Of a stretch of 64,000 nucleotides of DNA, positions 13,423 through 26,450 are shown piece by piece (position 1 is the first letter of the stretch; each line of letters starts with the position of its first letter). The stretch is from Malacoraja senta. Taxonomy: Eukaryota. The stretch lies in assembly GCA_038087875.1 (NCBI GenBank), contig CM075978.1, positions 33,418,001 through 33,482,000 on the forward strand, in the 5' to 3' direction. The position numbers were made by a program, and so were the translations under genes. The notes under the pieces are model-generated. The model was not told the origin of the DNA and did no database searches. It saw only the letters and a program-made list of their open reading frames with translations.

Positions 13423-13848
13423 TTGTCTTAAAACATATTTGGAATTAAAAGCAATATTGCAAGGCAGGCAAAAATTTGATTGAAATATTATTAAATAATG
13501 AAATAGAACTAATGAACAAATAAAATTAACTAAGTGATTCTTAAACTACAGAGGCCTACACAATAAATGAAATTGCAAAGAGGATATTCTTGAGGCATGG
13601 AGGACCACCATCATCTCTATATCAGTTAGAGATTAGCATAAATACAGGTCTTGTCAGAAATGCCCACATCATGTCAATAAATAAATTGAAAAATATATAG
13701 TGTAGTTAGGCACAAGACTGACAGTGTAAATTTTGAGTTAGAATCTAACTGGGGAAAATGATGATGCAAAGCCACTTGGCTTGAATATAAAGTGAGCCAG
13801 TATATCAATCGGTTCTTGCTTTCTCCTGGATACAATGTTTATTTCTAG

Positions 13849-13901
13849 ATAGATGAGCCAGAGTATATAAAAGAGGTACCGTTTAGTCTCCAATCAGTTT
13901 G
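13849..13901 (+). CDS. Candidate internal exon of an unidentified transcript (IDEPEYIKEVPFSLQSV-W)
   Basis: tttatttctag acceptor and consensus G|GTAAGT donor in unique sequence; open in phase 0; ends in phase 2. Confidence 0.5.
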
Positions 13902-14922
13902 GTAAGTATCAAGTTGGAAATCTGTTATTATATTTAAAATTAATCTGTAAATATTTTCACAAAAAGGACAGAAGACAACTCAAAATGACTGAAGGCAACT
14001 GTACAATTTCATTTAACTGTAGTCCTTTCACATGGATTTCACTTGGTTTAACACTAGCAGAGTTAATTTTATTTGTTCATAAGGCATTATTTTCATCTTT
14101 TTAAATATTTTTAATAAATGGATTCTTGTCTGGAAATGTGTTGAGTATATTGCTTTAACTTCTGAATCTTTATAGTATTTTTTTTAAGAGATATGAAATT
14201 ACAAAAACATATTGAATAGGATTGTAATTCTATTCCACCTTCCAAACTAAGTTCTGGTTTTCTAATGGAAAATATTTTTAAATGTTTGACAGTGGAAGTT
14301 TTCATGAATAACAGCTCCAGTTCTAACACTACAGGTGACCCTCATGTTTCGGGGTGTGTTTGTAATCTTAGTAAACTATCGCGATTTTCTGTAATGCAAA
14401 GCCATGTTGTTTGCTTCCGTGTCAAGGTTTGCGAGTAGGAATAAATAATTATTTTATTTATTTCCTTTTTTTAGGTAAATTCAGTGAGAGTGAATTTTAT
14501 TTTGTTATTCTAAGTATTTGGTAATGGCTTGTGAATTCTGTAAGGGTGAATTTCCATTACCCAAATGCCCATATTGCAGGAGTGGACTGTGCTACTTTCT
14601 TTATATTCTGCATTCAAAGTCAACTTACAGATCATCTTAATTCTGTTGCAATGTTATACAACTTCTTGATTTTTTGTTACCATTTAGCATATAGTCATTC
14701 AAAAATTAGAATTAGAAATACTGAAAAGCCATGTCACTAGGACTGAACAAATTTTGTCAGAGACCAAATAGTGTAGTTTCAAATCTACAGATATATTCCT
14801 GAATGTTGCAGGAGTTTGTTCTTGTAAATTGTCATTCTAAAGTATAGTAAGATGACATTTAAAGAATTAAGACACGATGACTATAAGTATATTGTGGTAT
14901 ATGTTTCTTATTGTTTTCCAAG

Positions 14923-14971
14923 GATCGAGCGAGTAAAAGCTTTTGAAGCCACAACACTCCAAAGAACATGA
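14923..14971 (+). CDS. Candidate terminal coding exon of the same unidentified transcript (W-IERVKAFEATTLQRT*)
   Basis: tttcttattgttttccaag acceptor; phase 2 joins the previous exon to give TGG and an open frame to TGA. Confidence 0.45.
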
Positions 14972-15059
14972 ATGAGGATTATAATAGCAGAATAAGTTTT
15001 CTGGGAGATCTTAAGTTCATATATAGCCTCTGACTGTGCAGCTAGAATGCTCTTAATCA

Positions 15060-16400
15060 TTCTGGAGACACAAAGGATTGCAGATGCTGGAATATAGAGC
15101 ATCAAATAAATTACTGGAGGAACAGCAAGTTGAGCAGCATCTCTGGGTGGAAAGGAATGGTTGACATTTTGGGTTGAAACTCTGGATTAAAGAGATATAG
15201 CTAGTATAAAGAGATGAGGAGATGTGAGACAGAAGTGAGAGATAATTGGTGAACCAGGGAAGGGTGAAAGATGCAGGCAAACTGAGCAAGGTGGGGAGGA
15301 AGAGAATTAGAGTTGGGAGAAAGAGACAGGTAGATGATGCAGACAGAAGAGAGGAGAATTTTTTTTTTTTAAAAGAGGCAGGTGAGGGTGGGTGAAGTTG
15401 GAGATAGCTGATAGAAGATAATGAGCAGGAACAAAAAGGCTGCCATTATTGTAATCTCATTATTGGACAGGAGAATCGGACAGGCGAATGGCAGATGTAT
15501 CCGGAACAAGTTGTGTGGGTTCACAAAAATGCTGGAAAAACTCAGCGGGTGCAGCAGCATCTATGGAGCGAAGGAAATAGGTAGGGTTTCGGCCCGAAAC
15601 GTTACCTATTTCCTTCGCTCCATAGATGCTGCTGCACCCGCTGAGTTTCTCCAGCATTTTTGTGTACCTTCGATTTTCCAGCATCTGCAGTTCCTTCTTT
15701 AACAAGTTGTGTGGGTTGCTGGCCTCTGGGTGAAATGTGTTTGAAGTAGAAACCTGCAGGGGGAAGAGGATGAAAATGAGTGAATGGGGTCAAATGGTGG
15801 GTTATGGAAAAGGGGACAAAAATTGGAGGACCAGGGAAGATCAGAAGCAGAGATAGAGTTTGGGATGAACATACCAGAGGGAAGGGTTACCTAAAATTGA
15901 AGAATTTAATGTTCATATCATTCAGTTGTTGACCAACCAGGTGAAATATGATGTGTTGAGCCTCATTCTGCAGTGGAGAAAGATGAGGACAGACTGGTCA
16001 GTGTGGAAATTGAAAGGGGATTTGACGTGGCACGCAACTGGAGGCTTGCGATGGCCATTGCGGACAGAATGCAGGTGCTCAGTAAATTGGTTGCCTTGTC
16101 TTGGTGTCGCTGATGTAGAGTACGCCACATTGGGAGTACCAAATATAGTAGATAAGTTTGAAAAGGTGCACATGAATATTAACCTCACCTGGAAGGCCTC
16201 TTTAGGTCCTTAAATGGTGGCGAGGGAGGTGCTGTAAAAACAATTGTTATGCTTCCTGTGGTTGCAGGCGAAAGTGCCAGCGGTCAGGGAGGGAAGATGA
16301 GACCAGGAGTCACATGGGGAGTGATCCCTGCAAAAGATAGAAAGCAATATGGAGGAGATGATTGTGGCTGGTGGTGGGATCTCATTGAGATTGTTGCAGG
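15060..16400 (-). mobile_element. Decayed Penelope-like element (GIY-YIG region and terminal repeat)
   Basis: Minus-strand FMCTFSNL...QFTEHLHSVRNGHRKPPVACH..SP...HTD matches the PLE GIY-YIG/C-terminal region; pLTR-like sequence at 15065-15180. Confidence 0.7.
15522..15700. mobile_element. Short Penelope-derived hairpin element
   Basis: About 60-bp near-perfect inverted arms around gggtttcggcccgaaacgtt; perfect 17-bp TSD AACAAGTTGTGTGGGTT (15505-15521, 15701-15717). Confidence 0.85.
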
Positions 16401-16989
16401 AACGTGTTTATTTATTTTATTTTATGAAATGTATTTAATTAACTTGTAGCACCTGATGATGTTTTAACTTTTTTTTTTTTTTTAATCATTTTGAACAATT
16501 GCTTAATGTCTCTGATCCTCTCACTTTCCAGATGTTGTCTGAGTATTTACAGTGTTTAGGAAGGAACTGCAGATGCTGGTTTACACCAAATATAGACATA
16601 AAATGCTGGAGTAACTCAGCGTGACAGGCAACATCTCTGGAGAGAAGGAATTGGCGAAGTTTTGTGTGTGAAGAACGGTATTGACCTGAAATGTCACCCA
16701 TTCCTTCTCTCCAGAGATGCTGTCTGTCCGTCCAGCTGAGTTACTCAAGCATTTTGTGTCTATTTACAATGTTTACTGTTTTTACATTTCAGATTTCCAA
16801 TATCTAATGAATTTCATTTTTCAGTTTTGAAAATGTTTGTATTACACATAAAACCAGCAGCCCCAAAAAATATAATCTTTATTGAGCTGAATTATTGATT
16901 TTTATCTTAAATGTGCTAAAGAAAGACGTATTTCAATGGAAGGGAATGTGCTGAAAAACAGCAGCAATTTCATGCCAAAATACTACTAT

Positions 16990-19455
16990 GGTCATACTGG
17001 TATACTAGCTTGAGTCCCAGTATAATCATTTGGATGCCCGCAGACTGCGGGAAGGCCTGAATACTATAACTGGCTGCAAGGCGAAGTCAGGCAGCATCGA
17101 TGGTGAACCTGAGGCCCTCCCTGATGAATTTTAATGCACTCTATGAGAGAATCCAGAAATCGGAGGTGCAAAGGGACTTGGGAGTGCTGGTGCAGGATTC
17201 CCAAAAAGTTAATCTGCAAGTCGAATCGGTAGTAAAGAAAGCAAACTCAATGCTAGCATTTATTTTAAGAGGGCTTGTATACAAAAACAGGGATGCAGTG
17301 CTTAGGCTCTATAAGTTGCTGGTAAGGCCGCATTTGGAATATTGTGAGCAATTTTGGGCACCATATGTGCTGGCTCTGACGAGGGTCCGGAGGAGGTTTA
17401 CAAGAATCATCCCAGGAATGAGTAGATTAACCAATGATGAGGGTTTGTCGGCACTGGGCCTGTACTCGCTGGAGTTTAGATGAATGAGGGGGGACCTCAT
17501 TGAAACATACAGAATAGTGAAAGGCTTGGATAGTGGAGAGGATGTTTCCACTGGTGGGAGAGTCTAGGGCTAGAGGTCATAGCCTCAGAATTAAAGGACG
17601 TTCTTTTAGGAAGGAGATGAGGAGAAATGTCTTTAGTCAGAGGGTGGTGAATCTGTGGAATTCCTTGCCACAGAAGGCTGTCTTGGCCAAGTCAGTGGAT
17701 ATTCTTAAGGCAGAGATAGATTCTTGATTAGTACAGGTGTCAGAGGTTATGGGGAGACGGCAGGAGAATGGGGTTAGGAGGGAGCGATAGATCAGCCATG
17801 ATTGAATGACGGGGTAGACTTGATGGGCTAAATGGCCTAATTCTACTCCTATAACTTATGGCCAATGCTTACTTTGAGCAGAAGGCCAACAGGGCCATGA
17901 CATCCATCCTGTCAGACTCGAGTGTGCCTTTTCCCAGGGTCACTTTTGCAGAAGTTAAATCGGCTTTCCTGAGGGTGAACCATTGAAAGCAACTGGCTTG
18001 GACGGAGTCCCTGGCCACGTCCTTAAGAACTATGCGGATCAACTAGCGGGTGTGTTCATGGACATCTTTAATCTCTACCTACTCTGTTCTGGGGTACCCA
18101 TCGGTTTCAAGAAGACCACTATCATCAGTGCCAAAGAAAAGCAAGAACTCATGCCTACTGTCCAGTGTTCTTGACATCCACCATCATGAATTGCTTTGAG
18201 AGGCTGGTTATGCAATGTATTAAATTCAGCTTCCCAATCAACCTTTATCCACTGCAGTTTGTCTACCACCAGAAAGCGTCCATGGCTGATGCCATCGGCC
18301 TGGCCTTGCACTCATCCCTGGAATCCTGGCAGAAGGCCCTGGGCATCTACGTCAGACTCCTACTCATAGACTCCAGCTCCGCATTCAATACCATTATCCC
18401 ATCCAAGCTAATATCCAAACTCGTGAAACGTGGAGTCAGCACTCACCTCTGCAACTGGATCTTTGACTTCCTGACGAATAGACCACAATCAATACTCCTT
18501 ACACACTCTTGACTCTGCAGCCAAATACCAATCCAACTCAATTTACATATTCGAAGAGGACACGACTGTAGTGGGCCAGATATCAAATAATGACGAGGCA
18601 GAGTACAGGAAGGAGATTGAGAACCTCGTAACCTGGTACCAAGTCAACCTTTCCCTCAATGTCAGCAAGACAAAGGAGATTGTGATCGACTTCAAGAAGC
18701 AAAGCAGCACACATACCCTAGTATACATTGATAGCAGCGAAGTAGAGATGGTTGATAGCTACAGGGTCTTAGAAATAAATATCACCAGCAATTTTTCCAG
18801 GCCCAGCCACATCAAAACAATGGCCAATAAAGCACCCAAACATCTCTACTTCCTGAGAAGACTTAAGAAGTTTGTCATGTCCCCAACACGCCTCGCCAAC
18901 CTCTACAGATGCACCGTGGGAAGCATTTTATCAGGATGCATTGCAGCTTGGTTTGGGAACAGCTCCATGCAAGACCACAAGAAATTGGAAAGTTGTAGAC
19001 GAAACTCAGTCCATCATGCAAACCAACCTCCCTTCCATTGACTCCATCTACACTTCATGCTGCCTTGGCAGGCCACCAGCATAATCAAGGATTGGTCTCG
19101 CCCCAGTCATTCCCTATTCTCCCCTCTCCCATCAGGTAAGAGGTATAGAAGTTTTGGAAATGCATATTTCCAGATTCAGGGACAGTTCCTTCCCAGCAGT
19201 TATCAGGCAACTGGACCGTCCTCTCACCAACTAGAAAGCAGTCCTGACTTCCCAGCTCCTCCTTGGAGACCTTGGAACTATCGTTAATCGAAATTTAGTG
19301 GATTTTATCTTGCACTAAATGTTATACTCTTTATCCTGTATCCGTCTATGGGACAGCTTTATTGTAACCACGTATAGTCTTTTCACTGACTGGATAGCAC
19401 GCAACAAAACAGCTTTTCACTGTACCTCGGTATATGTGCCAATAATAAACAAAAC
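16990..19455 (+). mobile_element. Rex1/Babar LINE (decayed RT), interrupted by CR1 at 17147-17860
   Basis: [58 protein letters not shown]; AATAATAAAC tail. Confidence 0.85.
17147..17860 (+). mobile_element. CR1 3' fragment nested in Rex1
   Basis: EVQRDLGVLV, LVRPHLEYC, RVVNLWNSLP; ataacttatg tail. Confidence 0.9.
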
Positions 19456-21177
19456 TAAATATATCGGCTGCTCATCGTTGACTACACTTTGAAGTTGTAC
19501 TCCAGTGGCAGAGCACAAACTTACTGCAGTTTTCTAGCAGTTATTCTATGTAATTTATGTTAAATAAGCATTAATGCAGCCACAGAATGTCCTCTCCTTT
19601 CCACAGAAAGGAACAGCTGAAAGAACAACTCCTGGTTAATTAAAGTTTTTAATTGAGTCATGTCAAGAATTTGTCATTTGTATTATTGATCTTTTTAATA
19701 CTTTTGAATGTCATTGGCTTGACAGATGGAAATTGATTCAGCTGATTTGTGGATTCGGCTTGTACTAGCCTGCCCAGATACAATGTTTTATCGTGCAAGG
19801 CTTGGGACATGGACCGTGCATAACAGCAAGTTAATAGTGGTACCTCCACAAAAGATAAATAAGTAGTAACTATGAACAACAGCATGGTGTGTGAGTATCT
19901 CACCACTGGAAGTAAATTCTGGCAGTATTATTTGTTAAATTGTTAAAGATTAGCACAATCGTGGAACGAGAAAAATGGTTCTGGCATGGCATCATACTTG
20001 TATGAGGCATTGGTTGGGAAATCGGTACTAGAATTTCCATTTCAATTAATGAGTCATCAAATATAGCTAATCTTCAATTTTTCTTTGCGTTAGTCTAAAA
20101 CATGGTCTAATTGGCTGCTAAAAATTAAATAAAAAACGATGTTCGTTGCAGTTTGTAAACTGTTATTTAAAAGGGGAATGAGGTGGTGCTGGGGAAAGAC
20201 CTTTTCTTGAATTCTTGAAAATTACTGTTAACTAGTCAAGGAATAAATACATTTACTTTACAGCACTGCCCTATCAAGTTCTGCTTTGATTGAGGTGTTT
20301 ACTTGTACAATAACTTAGTTCATTGGAGTTTGACTATCAGTGTGTCCATGTTCTGCACGTAACACTGTCATTAAACCATCAAGCAGCTGGGCTGAAAGCC
20401 AAACCTTGCAGGAAACAGCTATCCTGCTCCCAAACATTACTGTTCGTGATTACATTGTAGATTATATGTTGCAAATTACAACCAGATAATTATTTCCCAA
20501 TAGCATCCAAGTTACCTAAATTAATACTTCCAGATTTTTTTATTCTTTATTCAATTTCCTAATAGTACTTTTTAGGTTTATACCCAAGTATTCTCAGACT
20601 GACTGGGCAACAGCCTTCACCTGCCCCAATCCAATGCTGACTGGGTCTCATTCTTGAGCTTGTTGTTTATTTCTTCTGGGAAGTTTGACTTCTCTGGTAT
20701 GGAGCCTGTTGTTTGTCAAAAGGATTTGTATAGTTTTATGTATCATCTTCTATAAGAAGAGTTGGAGATGTGTTTAAGGACACTCATTGGTCGTCTCTTC
20801 AATCATCAGTCCCATGCAATGGGTTATCCTAGCTCAGAACACGCGTGTGTTTTTCAATATGGATCTCCGGGGAGCTGTTGAATGTGAAATGTTGGTTGTT
20901 GCTTGTGACTGGCACATGATACTGAAAGCAATTGCAGAACTTCTAGGCAAGTTTAGTTGACTCAGCACCAGTCTGGAATTTCCCAATCTTTTATTCCTTT
21001 ATTTTGTAATTTATTTAAATAACTTTGCATTTTCCATTTCACTCTTCCTAATAGCTGAAAGCTGCAAAATAAGTGAAGTAGATCACTTGTATATCATCGG
21101 CCGTGGAAGAAGAAACCTTTTGTTTTAATTAGGATTTTTTATAGATTGGCCTTTGGCTATCTAATTTTTAAGTGTAC

Positions 21178-21995
21178 GAGTCAAGAGTGATTAATTGTCA
21201 GATGTACCGAAACAGGACAATGATATTCTCACTTCCAGCGGTATAACAGGACAGTAAATATAGTACTCAATAGATAACATAATAAAAACAAACAAAAATA
21301 AATTCAATTAAAAAAAAATATTAGTGGAAAACAATACAAACCCCATTCGCCCTCGTGTAACCAAGACCTTTCGTAGTTTGAAACTTAGTTGGTGTTTGTG
21401 GTGTTCAATACCTTGATGTTTGTTGAGAAGAGGCTGTTCCTGAATCAGGATGTCATGGTTTTCAAACTCCTATACCTTCTTCCTGACAGCAGGGGTGAAA
21501 TGAAGAGTGCGGCCAAAATCCTTGATTATGCTGGCTGCCTCCTATAGATCCCTTCGATGGTGGGGAGGTCAGTATTTGTGATGGGCGAGGCGGTGTCCAC
21601 CACTTTTTGTAATCTCCTTTGTTCCTGGGTGATCCAGTTGCCGAACCAGGCCTTGAGGCAACCAGTCAATATGCTCTCTACCATATGCCTGTTGATGTTC
21701 AGGTGATTATTCATCAACATATCGAATTTCCTTAATCTTTTAAGGAAGTGTTTTTTTTTTAATGGTTTATCAATGTTCTGGTTCCAGGACTGATCTTCAG
21801 ACATATGCATGTCCATGACCTTGAAGTTATTGACTCCACCAATGACCCTCCAATGCAGACAGGTTCATGGATTCTCGGCCTTCCTCTTCTACAGTTAACA
21901 ATTAACAACATGCTCCTTGGTCTTAACTTTGTTGCGAGCAAGGTTGTTGTTCTGGCACCATTCAGATGATCCATCTCCCTCCTATACTCTCACTC
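21178..21995 (-). mobile_element. Rex1/Babar LINE 3' fragment
   Basis: VESILTGCLKAWFGN...RRLQKVVDTA...DLPTIE. Confidence 0.8.
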
Positions 21996-22773
21996 ATCAT
22001 TACTTAAGTCACATTGAGTTCCTTGGAGAGAGGAGAGGATAGGTGCAGTTGGCAGGTGAATGAATAGTGTAGTGACCAGCAGAGATCATGCCAAATTGAA
22101 TTTTGTAAAAGTGGTCTTGAACAGATGCAAAGCCCTCTAATTGCATATTCCATTGGCTTGATCTCGTGGTCGAATGCTGCAGGAAGAACACAGGCAGTCG
22201 GACAATGGAGATTTTGCCTTTTGCTAAGCTCTTCTTACCTAATACCATTAAATTAATGACATTCTACCAGGGCTCTTAATGTGATTAGCATGTTTTGGCA
22301 TAGTCATAATGGCATAGGAGTCTTTCAGAATTCAGCCCATGGAACCCATTCTCCGTATAGCAATTCAGTTATTCCCAAACTGCCACTCTATTCCTTTGGG
22401 GAACACAGGTGTTTTTTATGGAGCACACCCATCCATGCATTTCCTCATTAGTAAACAACTTTCTTCACATTCCCCCTTCTGCCTAAATTCTTAAATCTAT
22501 GGTTTTCAGTCCAACAAGCTGATGATAACAGATTTTCTTTGTCCACCTTTTTCTAAACCTATGATATTCTGGTTTACTTCTCCTCTTTTTGCCAAATTCT
22601 CATCCCTGGAAACATTATAGAACCAAAACTCTCCCATGGATATTTTTAAAGTATAAAGTATCCTTCATTGTCATTCAAACTCTCCAGTTTGAACGAAATT
22701 GCATACCTTGCAGTCATAACAAAAAAATAAAATAACAGAACACATAATGAACACAGTTTAACATCCATCACAG

Positions 22774-22879
22774 GTACACAAAAATGCTGGAAAAACTCAG
22801 CGGGTGCAGCAGCATCTATGGAGCGAAGGAAATAGGTAACGTTTCGGGCCGAAACCACCCGGGAAAAATAAAAAACTTC
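22774..22879 (-). mobile_element. Short Penelope-derived unit
   Basis: Same sequence as the 15522 arm; perfect 17-bp TSD TTTAACATCCATCACAG (22757-22773, 22880-22896). Confidence 0.85.
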
Positions 22880-22902
22880 TTTAACATCCATCACAGTGAG
22901 TC

Positions 22903-23472
22903 TGTTGATTCACGTTTTTCTCTCACATCGGTTGTTTCGACAATAATCGACTGGACACCGGGGTTGCTTTAAACGTACGTTTATTCAGCACTGAGTCTTC
23001 ACACAGGTTAACAACCTAGCAAAGAGTCAAGCTCAATGCCTTAATTTGTAATGCCTTATATACTTAAAGGCTACAGGTTATGCCTCCCATATTACTGAAA
23101 CAAAGGAACAGACACGAACACAATGGTCAGGATCACAGGCAAGTACATATTGGGAGGTGTTATTTAGTGGAACAATACTAGAGATAAGACAGGTACATTC
23201 CTCAGACTTCTGAGTGCGGCGGTTTGTATATTCCTCAGACTTCTGAGAGCCAGCTATCTCAGTCAGACGAGTGCAGTTAATACCATAGTCGCGAATATGG
23301 AGTAACAACAGGACAATGTGTATTTCTCTTGACCACAACTTCCGGAAGCCTGCAGCTACATATTCAGCAACTTTGGTCAGCAGACATTTTATGTTTTAAT
23401 CCAGTCTACCTGGCCAACCATTTTACCTTTACAGAACAATCTTACAGCGTTTATTCAAAATTTACATTCACA
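22903..23472 (-). mobile_element. Solo LTR (570 bp)
   Basis: TG...CA termini, 4-bp TSD AGTC; minus-strand TATATAA (~23057) followed by AATAAA (~22980); internal attcctcagacttctgag direct repeat. Confidence 0.8.
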
Positions 23473-25527
23473 AGTCTACCAGGCACCTCCTCACTGTGAT
23501 GGAAGGCAAAAGTCTTAAAGTCCTTGTCTCTCCTTCCTTGTTCTCCCTCTGCGTTGAGGCGATCCAGGCTTTCGATGTTGGGCCCCCCGCCGGGTGATGG
23601 TAAGTCCCGCGGCCGAATCCGAGCTCCGCGAACGGGCCGGTTCAAACTCCGCGGCCCTGGGCGGATGAAGCTGCCACCCTCCAGTCCAGCGGACGAAGCT
23701 GTTGTTGCGGGAGCTCCGGAGAATCGGTCACCAACCTGGGACCTGCGAGCTCCTGACGTTGTCGTCCACTGGACCTGCAGCCGAAGCCTCCGAGGCCCCG
23801 AAGTCGGGCCGTCGCCGCAGCGCCACCACAGCCCCGAAGTCGGCCAGCTTCGCGACGGTAAGACCTGGCTCTGCCTCCGGAGGTCGGTCCCAGTTGGGGG
23901 CCGCCAGCTCCGCGATTAGGCCTCAGTGCAGACGGAGACGGGGATACGACAAACAAAAGGTTGCATCCCCCCCCCCCCCCGAAAGGAAGAGACTAAAAAC
24001 AAGTTTCTCCCACCCCCCACACATACACAACTAAAAATAAACTAAACATACATCTAACAAGACAAAAGAAAACCAAAAAAAAGGAAAAGACAGACTGCAG
24101 GCGAGCCGCAGCTGCTTGGGCAGCGCCGCCACTTCACACTATTTCCAAAATGTGACCAGAACTAGATGCAACACTCTGGCTTAACAACAACTGTGTAAAG
24201 TTCAGCATAACTTTCTTGCTTTTGTATTAAAAACTTTTTTATGAGGCCCGAGATTCCATAAATTTTGCTAACTACTCTCTAATGTGTATTTCCATCTTTA
24301 AAAAATCTGTGCAGGTGTACTCTTAGATCCCTTAGTTCTTATATGCACATTAGAACTGTGCCATTTAAGTCTATAATGCTTGTCCTACCTCTGTAAAAAT
24401 GCAACATCTTGCATATTCTGCCTGCCTACATGCTATTGCAGTCAGTTGGTATTATCATCACTTAACAGCTCCTGCATGTTTGGTATTATCAACAGATTTT
24501 GAAATTTTACACTGGATGTATAGGAATTATTTGAATATTGGAATACAAAAACAAAAAACAAAAACAATAGCTCCAGCACTGCTATTTGAGGAACACCATT
24601 TACCACCCTTCAGTCTGAACTGTCACCCTGACTCATTTTTTATCCTTCAACCATTTTTTACTGAAGCTGGCAAAGACCTGACAGTTTCATGAGTGAAAGG
24701 TCTCACAACTATCCCTCATACTTCATCGTGCATTTCCATAAAATCTACACAATGTCCATTGCATTCTCTTCAACATTTTCAATTATTACACAAAAAATCC
24801 AAGTAGGTTAGCCAATCACAATCTGCCTATTTTTTTTTTGTTTCTCCAAGCTTACCCGCCACTGTGTTTTTTTTAACTGACCACTCTAGGGATGTCCTTT
24901 TATGCCCTTTAATATTTGTGTTTTTCCAATCTTCTGGCATCTCCTCCACATCTAAGGAAGATTGGAAGATCTTTTATTCCAGTTCCCTTCGCGACCAGGG
25001 ATGCAAGCTATCTGCCCGAGGCAATGTGTTACTCTTTAGCATGGTCAGCTTTTTCATGGCATCCTATCAATGATGTTCACTCACATTTTCCTCTACCATC
25101 TCCGCTTCAGTTGTAATTGCGTCAGTGTGCTCTTTTTCATTAAGTATTGTGGCCTTGCCCTGCACACAAAACACAAATTACCTTTATTCCCAATTTGTCC
25201 TCAGCTGATTCTTGCTACCTGTATACTGTATACATGGCTGTAAAAGGATTTTTGGCTCTTTTTTGTGTTAGCTGCCATTTTATTTTATTTTTCCTTATTT
25301 TCTTCTTCACCCTCTCTTAAACTTCACAAAATCATAATGGAAGAAATTCATTCTCAATCCTGAATGATTGCCTAGGATTGCATTTAGCACATACAACAAT
25401 ACAGATCTGGTTCTTTAGCAAATCTCCTGTTATGCAAGATGTAGTCTTTTTTATTTTATCATATTCTTAATCTCCCTTGTCTGTGTTATGGTCAGCTCCA
25501 GAATTAGTAAATTAAAATAAAATTGAC

Positions 25528-26450
25528 TTAGACAATAGACAATAGGTGCAGGAGCAGGCCATTTGGCCCTTTGAGCCAGCACCACCATTCAATGTGATCA
25601 TGGCTGATCATCCATAATCAGTACCCCGTTCCTGCCTTCTCCCCATATCCCCTGACTCCGCTATTTTTAAGAGCCCTATCTAGCTCTCTCTTGAAAGCAT
25701 CCAGAAAACCTGCCTCCACTGCCCTCTGAGGCAGAGAATTTCACAGACTCACCACTCTCTGTGAGAAAAAGTGTTTCCTCGTCCCCGTTCTAAATGGCTT
25801 ACTCCTTATTCTTAAACTGTGGCCCTTGGTTCTGGACTCCCCCAACATGTTTCCTGCCTCTAGTATGTCCAAGCCCTTAACAATCTTATATGTTTCAATG
25901 AGATGCCCTCTCATCCTTAAACTCCAGAGTGTACAAGCCCAGCTGCTCCATTCTCTCAGCATATGACAGTCCCGCCATCCCGGGAATTAACCTTGTAAAC
26001 CTACGCTGCACTCCCTCAATAGCAAGAATGTCCTTCCTCAAATTAGGGGACCAAAACTGCACACAATACTCCAGGTGTGGTCTCACTAGGGCTCTGTACA
26101 ACTGCAGAAGGACCTCTTTGCTCCTATATTCGATTCCTCTTGTTATAAAGGCCAACATGCCATTTGCTTTCTTCACTGTCTGCTGTACCTGCATGCTTAC
26201 TTTCATAGACTGATGTACAAGGACCGCCAGATCCCGTTGTACTTCCCCTTTTCCCAACTTGACGCCATTTAGATAGTAATCTGCCTTCCTGTTTTTGCTA
26301 CCGAAGTGGATAACCTCACATTTATCCGCATTAAACTTCATCTGCCATGCATCTGCCCACTCCCCCAACCTGTCCAAGTCACCCTGCATTCTCATAGCAT
26401 CCTCCTCACAGTTCACACTGCCACCCAGCTTTGTGTCATCTGCAAATTTG
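25528..26450 (-). mobile_element. CR1 3' fragment
   Basis: KFADDTKLGG...LVRPHLEYCVQFW...QRRFTRLIPG; (TAGACAA)n tail. Confidence 0.92.

Larger units (their letters stand above)
22650..24136 (-). mobile_element. Non-autonomous GC-rich retroposon with a Rex1-like 3' tail, carrying two nested insertions
   Basis: Minus-strand 5' end gaagtggcggcgctg; 3' end aatgacaatgaagg plus short tandem tail; no RT ORF; host sequence rejoins across both insertions. Confidence 0.5.
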
